From positions 1 through 64,000 of the IMG/VR virus record IMGVR_UViG_3300043313_001099: a stretch of 64,000 bases of DNA; one strand, 5' to 3'. The first letter of the stretch is position 1. Every line of letters starts with the position of its first letter. The notes beneath the pieces are model-generated. The model made no database searches, had not been told where the DNA came from, and worked only from the letters and a program-made list of their open reading frames with translations. This DNA comes from a virus. Shown piece after piece: positions 17,849 through 26,777 of this stretch. The position numbers and the translations under genes were made by a program.

Positions 17849-19002
17849 CTCCTCTCGAACAGGCTGGTGCGCCGGATGAGGCGGCGGAGTTCCCGCACGT
17901 AGGCGGGGTCGCTGCTGGAGCCGGTGCCGATCTGGACAGACACGAGTTCGCCGTCCTCCGGGGTGGCAGTGAGGGTCACGGAGGTCACCACGTCGACCAC
18001 GGCGAGGCCGGGCCAGAGGTCCACGGACACGAGGTCGCCCAGCGTGAAGTCGATTCCGTACCGCTGGTCGGGGGTGTCGATGGCGACCACGGACAGCCCG
18101 GCCTGCTCGGCGGCCTCCGCCAGGGCCTGGTCGCCGGCCTGGTCCATCTCGGCATTGGTGCCGGACGAGTTGACGAACGGGGCTTCCATGCGCGGCCAGC
18201 CGGCGGCCAGTGCGGCGGAGCTGGGCCGTTCCCGGATGGTCCGGGACGCTCCGTCTCCGTCTCCGCCGACGATGGCCACCGTGGCGGAAGGTGCCTGCGG
18301 CCGGTACTGAATCGCCAGCAGGTTGTTCCGCTGCCGGGAGAACCGGATCCGGCGTGACCTGTCTGCCGGCGCAGACACCTCGAAAAGGATCTGCTTCCCA
18401 ACCTGTCGGGTCCGGTAGTTCAGTCCCCCGGCGGCCAGTGCGACTGCGCGCAGGTCGTCGCCCATCTGGCCGAATCGGGAGGAGAAGTCGATGGCGGAGC
18501 CGACTCCGGCGGAGGTCCCCAGGGCCAGCTTGGGAATGCGCCGGGCGGTGAGCGCACCCGGGCCGGCGTTCTCATTGACCAGGGCGCGGAGGATGGTCTC
18601 CCCGTTGGTCGCGGTCCAGGACCGCTTGGCCGTGACCTGTGCCGTAGCCGCCAGGGCGGCGTTCGGGTACGTGTTCCGGGCGCAGATCAGGGCCAGGTCG
18701 TCGGTCCACCGCACGGTGGACTCCCCCGGGCCGGCGGCGGAGGAGTCATCGGCGGACCAGTCGTACTCGTCCGGGTACTCGATCGGTCCCGCGCACCACA
18801 CCTCGCCGCTCCGGAGAAGCAGGATGCGGTTTCCCGGTCCGGCGATCCGCTCGTGGAGCGCGCCGGAGGCTGGGCTGGTCAGGGAGTATGCGCCGGGGGC
18901 GTTGCGGTCCTGCCTGCCCTCGATGGCGGTCCAGGGGATCGGATCTCCCAGGACGTTGAGGTCCTTGTCCGTGACCAGGGCGGTGAGTGCCACGGCGCTC
19001 AC
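17845..19002 (-). CDS. Siphovirus ReqiPepy6 Gp37-like minor tail protein
   Basis: AIVGGDGDGASR and RYGIDFTLGDLVSV motifs; follows Dit. Confidence 0.85.
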   Translation of the reverse strand: MSAVALTALVTDKDLNVLGDPIPWTAIEGRQDRNAPGAYSLTSPASGALHERIAGPGNRILLLRSGEVWCAGPIEYPDEYDWSADDSSAAGPGESTVRWTDDLALICARNTYPNAALAATAQVTAKRSWTATNGETILRALVNENAGPGALTARRIPKLALGTSAGVGSAIDFSSRFGQMGDDLRAVALAAGGLNYRTRQVGKQILFEVSAPADRSRRIRFSRQRNNLLAIQYRPQAPSATVAIVGGDGDGASRTIRERPSSAALAAGWPRMEAPFVNSSGTNAEMDQAGDQALAEAAEQAGLSVVAIDTPDQRYGIDFTLGDLVSVDLWPGLAVVDVVTSVTLTATPEDGELVSVQIGTGSSSDPAYVRELRRLIRRTSLFERR

Positions 19003-19014
19003 CCCCCTCAGTGG

Positions 19015-19980
19015 TCAGGCGGTGCCGTAGCAGATCGGCAGCTCGTAAGCGATGGAGGTGCCGGCCCCCGAGCCGGAGACCGTGAATGTCACGGAGCTCT
19101 CCCCAGGGGGGAGTCCCCACGGTTGGGCGGCCGGCCAGTTGAGTGCCTCGGTCCAGACCTCGCCGGCCGGGCCGCGCACCTGCAACGGCTTTGTGCTGAC
19201 GGTGACGATCTCGCCGGCCAGGAGGGGGCCGTGGTCAACGCCGTCCGCGTCCGGGTCGAGGGTCCAGGACTCACCGGTGGAGTTGAGGGTGGCGGTCACT
19301 CCGGACGCCGGGCCGGTAATCGTCCAGGTCCCCCACGCGGTGTCCTCGCCCGGGTTGACGATCGTGGTGTCCCCGAGCGTCTGCGACGAGGTGATCGTGG
19401 GGTACGGAGCCAGGAACGGCACCGGGGCGGCGGTGTAGCGCCGCTCGATGACGAGGGTCTCCAGCGCCTTCCACCACGGGTCGAGACAGACGAGCTGGAC
19501 GATCGCGTCGTCCTCCCAGGTGCCGCCGCCGGGAGTGCCATCGAACCCGCTGCTGTAGTGGGCGTCGATCCAGCGGGCGGACCCGTCCGGCCGGACCACG
19601 GTGAGCCGGCCAGGTCCCCGGAGTCGGGTCTGGGTGAACGCCCACTGCAACTGCCGCCAGCGGGCCAAGAACTCCATGTGACTGGAGCCGATGACCCGTA
19701 TCGGCCAGGTCATGTACCGGGGCTGCGGCTGCTGGTGCCGCATCGACGCCCCGCCCGTGGGCAGGGCGTCGAGAGTGGTGGACAGCGGTACCGCTCCCCA
19801 GGCCACGGCGGCGTCGATTGCCCACCATCCCCGGCTGCTATCGGTGAGCGGCCAGGTGGTCCCGTCCGGCGCAGTCCACGTCACCGTGGGCGCGCCGAAC
19901 AGAGCCTCCGCCGTTGGGGGTGTTGGAGGGATCGGCTCCAGTACCTCAACGACTTCGCCGTCCCCTGTGAAGATGGGCAC
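19015..19980 (-). CDS. Distal tail protein (Dit)
   Basis: Directly after the tape measure; DPWW and NPG...AW..WTITGP motifs. Confidence 0.85.
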   Translation of the reverse strand: MPIFTGDGEVVEVLEPIPPTPPTAEALFGAPTVTWTAPDGTTWPLTDSSRGWWAIDAAVAWGAVPLSTTLDALPTGGASMRHQQPQPRYMTWPIRVIGSSHMEFLARWRQLQWAFTQTRLRGPGRLTVVRPDGSARWIDAHYSSGFDGTPGGGTWEDDAIVQLVCLDPWWKALETLVIERRYTAAPVPFLAPYPTITSSQTLGDTTIVNPGEDTAWGTWTITGPASGVTATLNSTGESWTLDPDADGVDHGPLLAGEIVTVSTKPLQVRGPAGEVWTEALNWPAAQPWGLPPGESSVTFTVSGSGAGTSIAYELPICYGTA

Positions 19981-20054
19981 CCGGACCTACCTCCGTCCCC
20001 TGTTCACTCGCCAGCGACCACCACAGCGGCCGGGCCGGGCGGTTCCGCCGGGGG

Positions 20055-22991
20055 TCAGCCCTGACGGCCCACCCGAGAGCGCGCCTCGTTGGCCTGCTGA
20101 ATCGCGGCCAGTTCCGCCGGAGTGATCCGGGCGTACTTGGCCTGGACCGTGGTCTCGTAGTGGTGGTGCGTCGTGCCCCCTCCGCTACCGCCAGCGCCGC
20201 CCCGTGGGACGACGCGGGCCCCGTACCAGTCGGCCGCCGTGCTGAGGATCGACATGGCGCGCCCGTACGGTCCCCGCTTGGGGATGAACGCCTCCCCGCC
20301 GGTTGCCGGCTCCGCATAGGCGTACCGGGCCGGGTACTCCGGGGAGTACACGGCGGCGTTGCGGAGCGCGCCCTCGGCGGCATGGGTGTACGCGCCGCCC
20401 CACCGCTCGAACTTCGTCCCGGGGTGGACCGTCTTGCGGCTTTGCCCGGTCGCGGTGTTGGTGATGATCGTGGTCGTCACGACTCGCCCGTTGAGCGCGT
20501 TGAACGACCGGGTGATCTTGTCGACCCGTTCCACCGCAGCATCCAGGCCCGGTACGTCGATCCGGGTAGTGACGGACGGCGGCATCTTGGCGTAGTCCCC
20601 GATCAGGGTGTTGATCTGGGCGTCGTTGAGGCCGAGGTTGTGCAGCACGGTCCGCAGCGTGTTGATCTGGTTGTTGTACGCCGCATTGGCCGCGTCGATG
20701 GAGTGGGTCTGTTCGTACACCGCCTGTGCGGCCTTGGCCGCTGCCTCGGCCGCCTCCCCCACAGCGACCCGGTTGGCGAGGGCGGCGGAGGAGTTCCCCG
20801 TGATGGCGTTGTGGTTCTCCTTGAAGCTGTCCTTGACGTTCTGGATCGCGTCGTTGGCGGCCAGCATCGCCTTGTCGGTGGACAGCATCGCCCCGTTGAG
20901 CTCATTCCACACATCAGTCAGGGTCTGACCCTTGCTGATTGCCTCGTCCAGGCTGCCCGCCATGAGGCGCGCCTTGCCGGCCGCGTCCGCGAACCCCTTG
21001 GCAATGCCGGTGTTTGCGGAGGCCACCTCGCCGGCCGCCTTGTTGTACTCGCCGTACAGGCTGTTGATCTGTTCCATCGTGTAGCCCTGCTTGAGCAGGG
21101 CATCCCTGATCTCCCCGAACAGCAAGGCGGCCTGCGCCGCATTACCGTTCCGGGCCATGTCACCCAGGCTCTTGTCCAGGTCCTTCTGGTCATTGTTGAC
21201 CTGGGTGTACTCCTTCTTGAGGTCCCGCGCGGCGTCCGCGTTGCGAGTCGCCTTGGCGAAGAAGTAATCCATGTTGATCTTTGCGAAATGCTCACTGAAC
21301 GTAGTTGCGTTGGTGCCGAGGACCTTCAGCGCCTCGCCGGTCAGCCGGCCGGTGTTGGCGAACTGGACGAGCGTGGTTGTCAGGCCGTTCAGGTTCCGAG
21401 CTACCGGCTTGGAGTCCTTGTTCAGCCAGTCCATGAACGCCCTGATGCCCTCGACGGCCAGGATGGAGCCGGCCACGGTGACGCCCGCGATGCCGGCCCA
21501 CTTGCCGACGCTGGCGAGCGCCCCGGCTGCCTTTTCGCCCGTGGGCCCCATCTCGGTCAGGGTCTCCAGGAAGTCCTTGCCGGCGTTCCGCGCCTTGACG
21601 AATCCGGCGGTCGCCAAAAGTCCAGCACCACCGATGCCGGTCATGTAGGTGGCTGTGGTCTGGAGCCAGGGCGGCAGCCCGGCGAAGATGTCAACGCCCT
21701 TGTCCGCAGTCTGTACGAGGGCGCGGAGGCCGGTGTTGGCACCGCCGGTACCGATGACCAGGGTTTCCAGGCCGCCCTTGAGCTTCTCTACGTCGCCGGC
21801 CAGGTTGTCCATCTTCTTCGCGGCGGTCTCGTTGGCCGCGCCGCTGTCGTTCACGGAGTCGATGTACTCCTGTAGCCCTTTCGCACCCAGGCTGTAGAGG
21901 ACCGTGGCTGCCCGGGTGGCGTCGGAGCCGAAGATCTGCGACATGGCCGCGTCTCGCTCCGCCTGAGACAGTCCGCCCAGCTTGGCCTGGAGCTGGTCCG
22001 CAAACTTCGTGACACCGATGAAGCGTCCCTGCTGGTCGTACAGGGTGATGCCGAGCTCCTGCATCAGCTTCTTCGTCTTCTCGGACGGCGACTGCAACGC
22101 CTGGAACATGGCCTTCAGGCTGGTGCCGGCGTCGGAGCCGACCAGCGCGCGGTCCGCGAAGGCAGACAGCACGCCCACGGTGTCCTCCAGGGAGAGGCCG
22201 ACCTGGTGCGCAACCAGGCCGCCCTGCGCCATCCCGTCCGCGAGCTGCTTCACGTCGGCGGCGGACTTGTTGGCTCCGGCGGCGAGCACGTCCGCAACGT
22301 GCCCAACCGCGCTACCGCCGAGCTCGAAGATATTCATCGCCCTGGCTGCGTAGGTGGCGGCGTCCCCGAGCTCCAGGGTGCCGGCGGCAGCAAGGGACAG
22401 GGTGCCGGTGAGCGCCCCGCCGAGGATGTCCCGCGTGGAGACGCCAGCCTTGGCGAGCTCCTCCTCCGCCTGCGCGGCCTCGGAGGCGGAGAAAGCGGTG
22501 TCCCGGCCGGCCCGGATTGCTGCATCTCGCAGGTCATCCAAGCTGGCGGCGGCCTGCTGCACGGACTGGCCAGTGGTGTCCAATACCGCGTCGACATGGG
22601 ACATCTGCTGGTTGAAGCCGGAGGTGACGAAGGCGGCTCCGCCGAATGCGGCAAGGAGGCCGGTGCCGAGGCCGGCCACCCCGCCGATCATCCGGTTGAA
22701 CTTGGCCTCATGGGTGGAGGCCAGGCGGTCCAGCTCTGCGCCGAAGCCCTTGGCGGCTTTCTGCCCTTGCTCCAGCGGAGCGCTGACCTTCCGCGCGCCC
22801 TTCGCCACGGTGTCCAGGCCGGTCCCGGCCTTGGTTGCGCTGACTTGTAGTGAACTGCCGGACGCGGAGAGGAGGTCCATCTCGTGCCGGAGAGCCATCG
22901 TCTTGGCCGTGGCCGAGTCGGCGTCCTTGAGGTACGCGGCGAACTCGCTGCGCAGCTTCACGGTCACGGTGCGGGCAACGTTCCCCGACAT
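20055..22991 (-). CDS. Tape measure protein (TP901 family)
   Basis: 978 aa Ala-rich helical; FSASEAAQA..ELAKAG, GSDAGTSLK, FGSDATRAA. Confidence 0.95.
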   Translation of the reverse strand: MSGNVARTVTVKLRSEFAAYLKDADSATAKTMALRHEMDLLSASGSSLQVSATKAGTGLDTVAKGARKVSAPLEQGQKAAKGFGAELDRLASTHEAKFNRMIGGVAGLGTGLLAAFGGAAFVTSGFNQQMSHVDAVLDTTGQSVQQAAASLDDLRDAAIRAGRDTAFSASEAAQAEEELAKAGVSTRDILGGALTGTLSLAAAGTLELGDAATYAARAMNIFELGGSAVGHVADVLAAGANKSAADVKQLADGMAQGGLVAHQVGLSLEDTVGVLSAFADRALVGSDAGTSLKAMFQALQSPSEKTKKLMQELGITLYDQQGRFIGVTKFADQLQAKLGGLSQAERDAAMSQIFGSDATRAATVLYSLGAKGLQEYIDSVNDSGAANETAAKKMDNLAGDVEKLKGGLETLVIGTGGANTGLRALVQTADKGVDIFAGLPPWLQTTATYMTGIGGAGLLATAGFVKARNAGKDFLETLTEMGPTGEKAAGALASVGKWAGIAGVTVAGSILAVEGIRAFMDWLNKDSKPVARNLNGLTTTLVQFANTGRLTGEALKVLGTNATTFSEHFAKINMDYFFAKATRNADAARDLKKEYTQVNNDQKDLDKSLGDMARNGNAAQAALLFGEIRDALLKQGYTMEQINSLYGEYNKAAGEVASANTGIAKGFADAAGKARLMAGSLDEAISKGQTLTDVWNELNGAMLSTDKAMLAANDAIQNVKDSFKENHNAITGNSSAALANRVAVGEAAEAAAKAAQAVYEQTHSIDAANAAYNNQINTLRTVLHNLGLNDAQINTLIGDYAKMPPSVTTRIDVPGLDAAVERVDKITRSFNALNGRVVTTTIITNTATGQSRKTVHPGTKFERWGGAYTHAAEGALRNAAVYSPEYPARYAYAEPATGGEAFIPKRGPYGRAMSILSTAADWYGARVVPRGGAGGSGGGTTHHHYETTVQAKYARITPAELAAIQQANEARSRVGRQG

Positions 22992-22994
22992 GAC

Positions 22995-23959
22995 TCACCC
23001 CCCCGGCGTGCTCCGGCGGGGGACGTACCGCACCCGCCACCTGAGGGCGTGCATCCGCTTCGCCCCGGACTTCTCGTGCTGCTCGGCGGCGGCACCGAGC
23101 ACGTCGCAGGCGTGGCACCGCACCTTGGCGGTGACCCGGTACCGGCCTTCGCGCTCCGGGGCTGTGGTCTCCGTCAGGTTCCCGCCGCAGCCCTCGCACC
23201 GGGAGTCCTCGTAGACCTGAAGCGCGAGCATGTAGGCGCGCTGCTGCTCGGTCCATTCCGTCTCGCGCGTGGTGACGGAGCGGATCACGCGCCCCCGGTC
23301 GTCGTACTCGTGCTCGGTGACCGTGGTGGGCTCCCAGCCCTCCAGCCGGGCAACGGATACGCCCAGCGTGCGGGCGGTCCGGATCAGCGCGCGGAGGTCC
23401 CCAGAACTCTCGACGCGGCTGACGAGAAAGGGACGGAGACGGCCGCCTTGTTCAGTCGCCAGGCGGCTTTCACGAGGTCATCGAACTGGGCGTCCGCGAT
23501 GCCGGTCTCCGGATCGAGCATGGCTGCCCAGTCCTCGTCATCGATCTCCGGGGAGACGATTGACTTCCGGACGACGGCGAGGTTGAACGCATCGAGGTCG
23601 ACGCCGGCTTTCACGTCCTCCTCGTTCTCGTCGTTCGGCGGGAACTGCGCCACCAGGGCGTTCCAGCCGTGGTCTCCCGGCGGGAGGGCGCGGAGCCGGA
23701 ACACCTCGACGCTGCTCTCCATCTCGGCGCGGAGGGCCTCGATCCGTTCCGCGATGGCGCGCTTGTCCGCGCCGGAGGAGAGCCGGTCGTCGGGTTGGGT
23801 GCCGGCCCTGACCAGCTCGATGTCGAGCTCCTGGATCTCGGCGTAGAGGTCACCGCGCAGGTAGACGGGGACGCTGAACTCGGCGCGGCGGTTGTTCTTG
23901 AGGCGGTCCTTGAGGCGGCCCGGCTTGGCGGCCTTGGCGCGCGGGGTACGGGTGGTCAT
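22995..23959 (-). CDS. Long tail assembly chaperone produced by a -1 frameshift at 23426-23432
   Basis: Slippery CCCTTTC; the -1 frame stays open (FLVSRVESSGDLRALIRTARTLG...) into ORF 22995..23288. Confidence 0.75.
23384..23959 (-). CDS. Tail assembly chaperone, short form (start ATG 23959)
   Basis: Between the major tail and tape measure genes; ends ...VPFSSAASR. Confidence 0.85.
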   Translation of the reverse strand: MTTRTPRAKAAKPGRLKDRLKNNRRAEFSVPVYLRGDLYAEIQELDIELVRAGTQPDDRLSSGADKRAIAERIEALRAEMESSVEVFRLRALPPGDHGWNALVAQFPPNDENEEDVKAGVDLDAFNLAVVRKSIVSPEIDDEDWAAMLDPETGIADAQFDDLVKAAWRLNKAAVSVPFSSAASRVLGTSAR

Positions 23960-23995
23960 AGCTGGCCCTTCGCTGGCTGGCCCGGGACATGGTGA

Positions 23996-24030
23996 GGGGC
24001 GGCGCGCCGGGCCAGGTGGCGCGCCGCCCC
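23996..24030 (-). terminator. Hairpin after the major tail gene
   Basis: GGGGCGGCGCGCC/GGCGCGCCGCCCC 13-bp stem. Confidence 0.6.
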
Positions 24031-24057
24031 GGTAAGGGGTGGTCGGGCAGGCGGTCG

Positions 24058-24570
24058 TTACGCGGCGACTGTGGCATCCTGGGCCACGGCGGAGCGGACG
24101 AAGATCTCCTGCTCGATCTTGAGGGTGGCGTTGTCCTCCTTGGGCAGCTTCACCTGGTAGCCGCACTCGGCCGGCCACACGTCCACCTTGTCGGCGGCGG
24201 CCATGGCGACCTCGTACGCCTTGCCCCAGCGGGCCACGACGTAGCCCTGGGTCAGGTGCCGCAGGGTCGTGAATGCCTTGTTGTCGGTCGCCCCAACAGC
24301 GGCCTGCTGCCGGTACACGTACCGGAGACTCAGCGAGTTCGTGTAGCGGCCAGCCCTTTTGAAGGTCTGCCGGGAGCCGAGGCGCTCATCCGTGGTGGCC
24401 TGCTGGTCCGTGGTCGGGTTGAAGCCGTCGTTGGTCAGGTAGTCGGTCAGGTCGACTACGCCAACGGCGGTCACCTCTGCGGTGGTCGGGTTGGTGGGGT
24501 CGGCCAGGGCCGGCACCCACAGAACCTTGACGTTGCCGTCGCCGTAGTCGGCTGCGGGCGCAGTGGTCAT
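24058..24570 (-). CDS. Major tail (tube) protein
   Basis: DGNVKVLWVPALADP.NPT..E...DLT.YLT; strong RBS. Confidence 0.9.
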   Translation of the reverse strand: MTTAPAADYGDGNVKVLWVPALADPTNPTTAEVTAVGVVDLTDYLTNDGFNPTTDQQATTDERLGSRQTFKRAGRYTNSLSLRYVYRQQAAVGATDNKAFTTLRHLTQGYVVARWGKAYEVAMAAADKVDVWPAECGYQVKLPKEDNATLKIEQEIFVRSAVAQDATVAA

Positions 24571-24623
24571 GGTGGGGTCACTCTCCTGTCGGGGGATTGC
24601 CGGCGGGGCCGGTCAGGCGGGGG

Positions 24624-24827
24624 TCAGGCGGACTTGGCTGTGGCCTTGCGGATGGCCTCGGCCGGGGTGGCGTTCGGTACCGCCGGGCGCGGAACCGCTC
24701 CGGGCCCGGAGAGGCGCGGGACGCCGGGGACCTCCACGAGTCCGTCCGGCAGGGGGAAGGACTCCAGGGGAACGTCGTACTCGTGGCCGAGTGCGGTATC
24801 GCGGACCCAGACCCAGGTGGTGGACAC
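24624..24827 (-). CDS. Small virion-module protein (MSTTWVWVRD...)
   Basis: AAAGGAG RBS before GTG 24827. Confidence 0.65.
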   Translation of the reverse strand: MSTTWVWVRDTALGHEYDVPLESFPLPDGLVEVPGVPRLSGPGAVPRPAVPNATPAEAIRKATAKSA

Positions 24828-24877
24828 GGTGACTCCTTTCGCCGGGCAGCGGCCCGGGTGGCGGGCCGGCGCAGCGG

Positions 24878-25303
24878 TCAGGAGCCGGCCGGCATGGAGG
24901 CGAAACTGAGGGTGATCCACCCGAACCGGGTGGGCTGGCCGTCCGGCGTGCGGACGGACGGGTCGGTGCGCGGCGGCCCCGAGGCGGCGACCTGCTGGAC
25001 GCGGGTACAGGTCCGGCCGGGGATCGGGAGCGCCCTGCCGACGACGGAGGCGGCCACCCGGTCCAGGGCGGCCAGGACCTCATCCGTGGTCTGGCCTACG
25101 GCCGTTACCTGGATCATGGTCGTGGCGGTATGGGCGGTACCGTGGAGGTTGATTCCGGCAAGGCCGGCCGGCGGCGTCCACACCACGAGGTAGGGGAACC
25201 GGAGCTCCGAGTCGGGCCCGGTCACATCTCCCTGGAAAGTCTGGTAGTCCAGGGGGACGAGCGCGGCGGCAAGCGCGGTGGCGTGGGCGCGGGTCACGTC
25301 CAT
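24878..25303 (-). CDS. Tail terminator protein
   Basis: PYLVVW and IQVTAVG motifs; position. Confidence 0.75.
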   Translation of the reverse strand: MDVTRAHATALAAALVPLDYQTFQGDVTGPDSELRFPYLVVWTPPAGLAGINLHGTAHTATTMIQVTAVGQTTDEVLAALDRVAASVVGRALPIPGRTCTRVQQVAASGPPRTDPSVRTPDGQPTRFGWITLSFASMPAGS

Positions 25304-25660
25304 CTACGCACCGCCGATCGGGTTGGCGACGGCGCGGAGGGCGGCCGTGAATCCGGGCTCCACCTGATCGGCGGCCGGCCCCATGAACGGGCGCGGGGCC
25401 ATCTTGGCGGTGCCGAACTCCAGCTCCGGGGAGTAGTCCGTCTCCGGCCCGAGAATGACCTCGACTGCCTCCAGGCTCTCCTCCTCCACGTCCATGCCGA
25501 TGGAGTTTTTCGTGGCTCCGGTGTCCACGGGGACGATCGTCTGGGCGTGAGCCACCCCGTCCATTCCGGACTTGCGGGTGATGAGCGACACCTGTCCGGG
25601 GAGGGTTTCGGAGTGGTGCTGCATGGCGGAGATCAGCTCGTTCATGCCGGTGTAGGACAT
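25304..25660 (-). CDS. HK97-gp10 family neck protein
   Basis: PVDTG...SI, Y...LEFGT.KMAPRPFMGPA. Confidence 0.9.
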   Translation of the reverse strand: MSYTGMNELISAMQHHSETLPGQVSLITRKSGMDGVAHAQTIVPVDTGATKNSIGMDVEEESLEAVEVILGPETDYSPELEFGTAKMAPRPFMGPAADQVEPGFTAALRAVANPIGGA

Positions 25661-25673
25661 CCGGCACCCCCTC

Positions 25674-26135
25674 TCACCTGTTGACGGGCGGGGTGCTGGT
25701 GCAGGTGAGGGTCCAGGTCCAGGCCAGGGAGGACCGGGCCATCGACATCACCCAGAGGCGCGCGCCGACCAGCTCCGGATGCGCCGGATGGGCGGTGACC
25801 GTGAGGAGGTCTCCCACGGCGGGGTCCAGTTCGGAGCCGAACAGGACCAGACCCACCGAGTAGCGGGAGCTGGTCACGTCCCGCCCGCCGACCTCCTCGG
25901 AGGCGGCCTCCCGGTCGGCCGGCTGGATGACAGCCGGCCCGGAGTACAGGAGCGTCGGGGCCGGCAGTTCCGTCCGGCCCGTGACCTCGTTGAAGATGCC
26001 GGCGGCGGCGGAGCGTGGTCGGTGCAGGGTGGCGGTCGCGGTCATCACACCCTGCGCGGTGGCGGCGTGGTACAGCTCCCAGCCTGGCGGGATCGGCCCG
26101 CTACCCGGCCGCTGCGGGTACCCGGGGCGCGGCAC
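25674..26135 (-). CDS. Head-to-tail stopper (DUF6093-like)
   Basis: LYSGPA.IQ and HPELVG motifs; position. Confidence 0.75.
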   Translation of the reverse strand: MPRPGYPQRPGSGPIPPGWELYHAATAQGVMTATATLHRPRSAAAGIFNEVTGRTELPAPTLLYSGPAVIQPADREAASEEVGGRDVTSSRYSVGLVLFGSELDPAVGDLLTVTAHPAHPELVGARLWVMSMARSSLAWTWTLTCTSTPPVNR

Positions 26136-26138
26136 CGG

Positions 26139-26777
26139 TCACCACCCGCCGAAGTAGCCGCAGTCGCGGCGGCCGGGGTACTCGATCACGTCCATGGCAA
26201 ACGGGTCGCCGTCCGCGTCGTACCTGTCGGCCTGCTCCCGGAGGGCGCGTGCACGGGCCCGGAGCTCGGCGGCGACCGCCGGCCCGTTCGTGGACACGTC
26301 CATGGTGCGGACCTGCTTGGACACGAGGGCCTCGTTGGAGGCGATGGTGTCGAGGGCCTGCGCGGCAGCCAGCCGGACGTTCCCTCCCTCCAGGGCGAGG
26401 AAAGCGGAGATCTCCGCGTCGGTGAACGTCGGACTGGCGGTGTCCACGTCGGAGATCAGGAGCCGGACCCGGCCGAGGTCTGTCGTCGGGTCGGTGGTGA
26501 TGAGCGCCCCGGCGACCAGATGCGGCAGGACAACGAACGTTCCCTCAACGGCGTCCCCGACCGTGCCCGTGGCCTCGGCCCGGTAGGCGTGGAGGCCGGG
26601 GAGGGTCGGGGCGTAGGCCAGCCGGTACGGGATCCCCGGGGCCACGTCCATCGGCGCGGTGCTGCCGTCCGGGAGGGTGACAGTGCCGGTCACGGTCGCG
26701 GTGTCGACCGGCGTCCCCTCGATATCCACGAGCGGCCACTCCACGACCGCCGTGCGCCCGATCCAGTACGTCGTCAC
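26139..26777 (-). CDS. Head-to-tail adaptor with extra N-terminal beta domain (start GTG 26777)
   Basis: DPTTDLGRVRLLISD...FTDAEI.AFL...VRLAAAQALD.IA. Confidence 0.8.
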   Translation of the reverse strand: MTTYWIGRTAVVEWPLVDIEGTPVDTATVTGTVTLPDGSTAPMDVAPGIPYRLAYAPTLPGLHAYRAEATGTVGDAVEGTFVVLPHLVAGALITTDPTTDLGRVRLLISDVDTASPTFTDAEISAFLALEGGNVRLAAAQALDTIASNEALVSKQVRTMDVSTNGPAVAAELRARARALREQADRYDADGDPFAMDVIEYPGRRDCGYFGGW

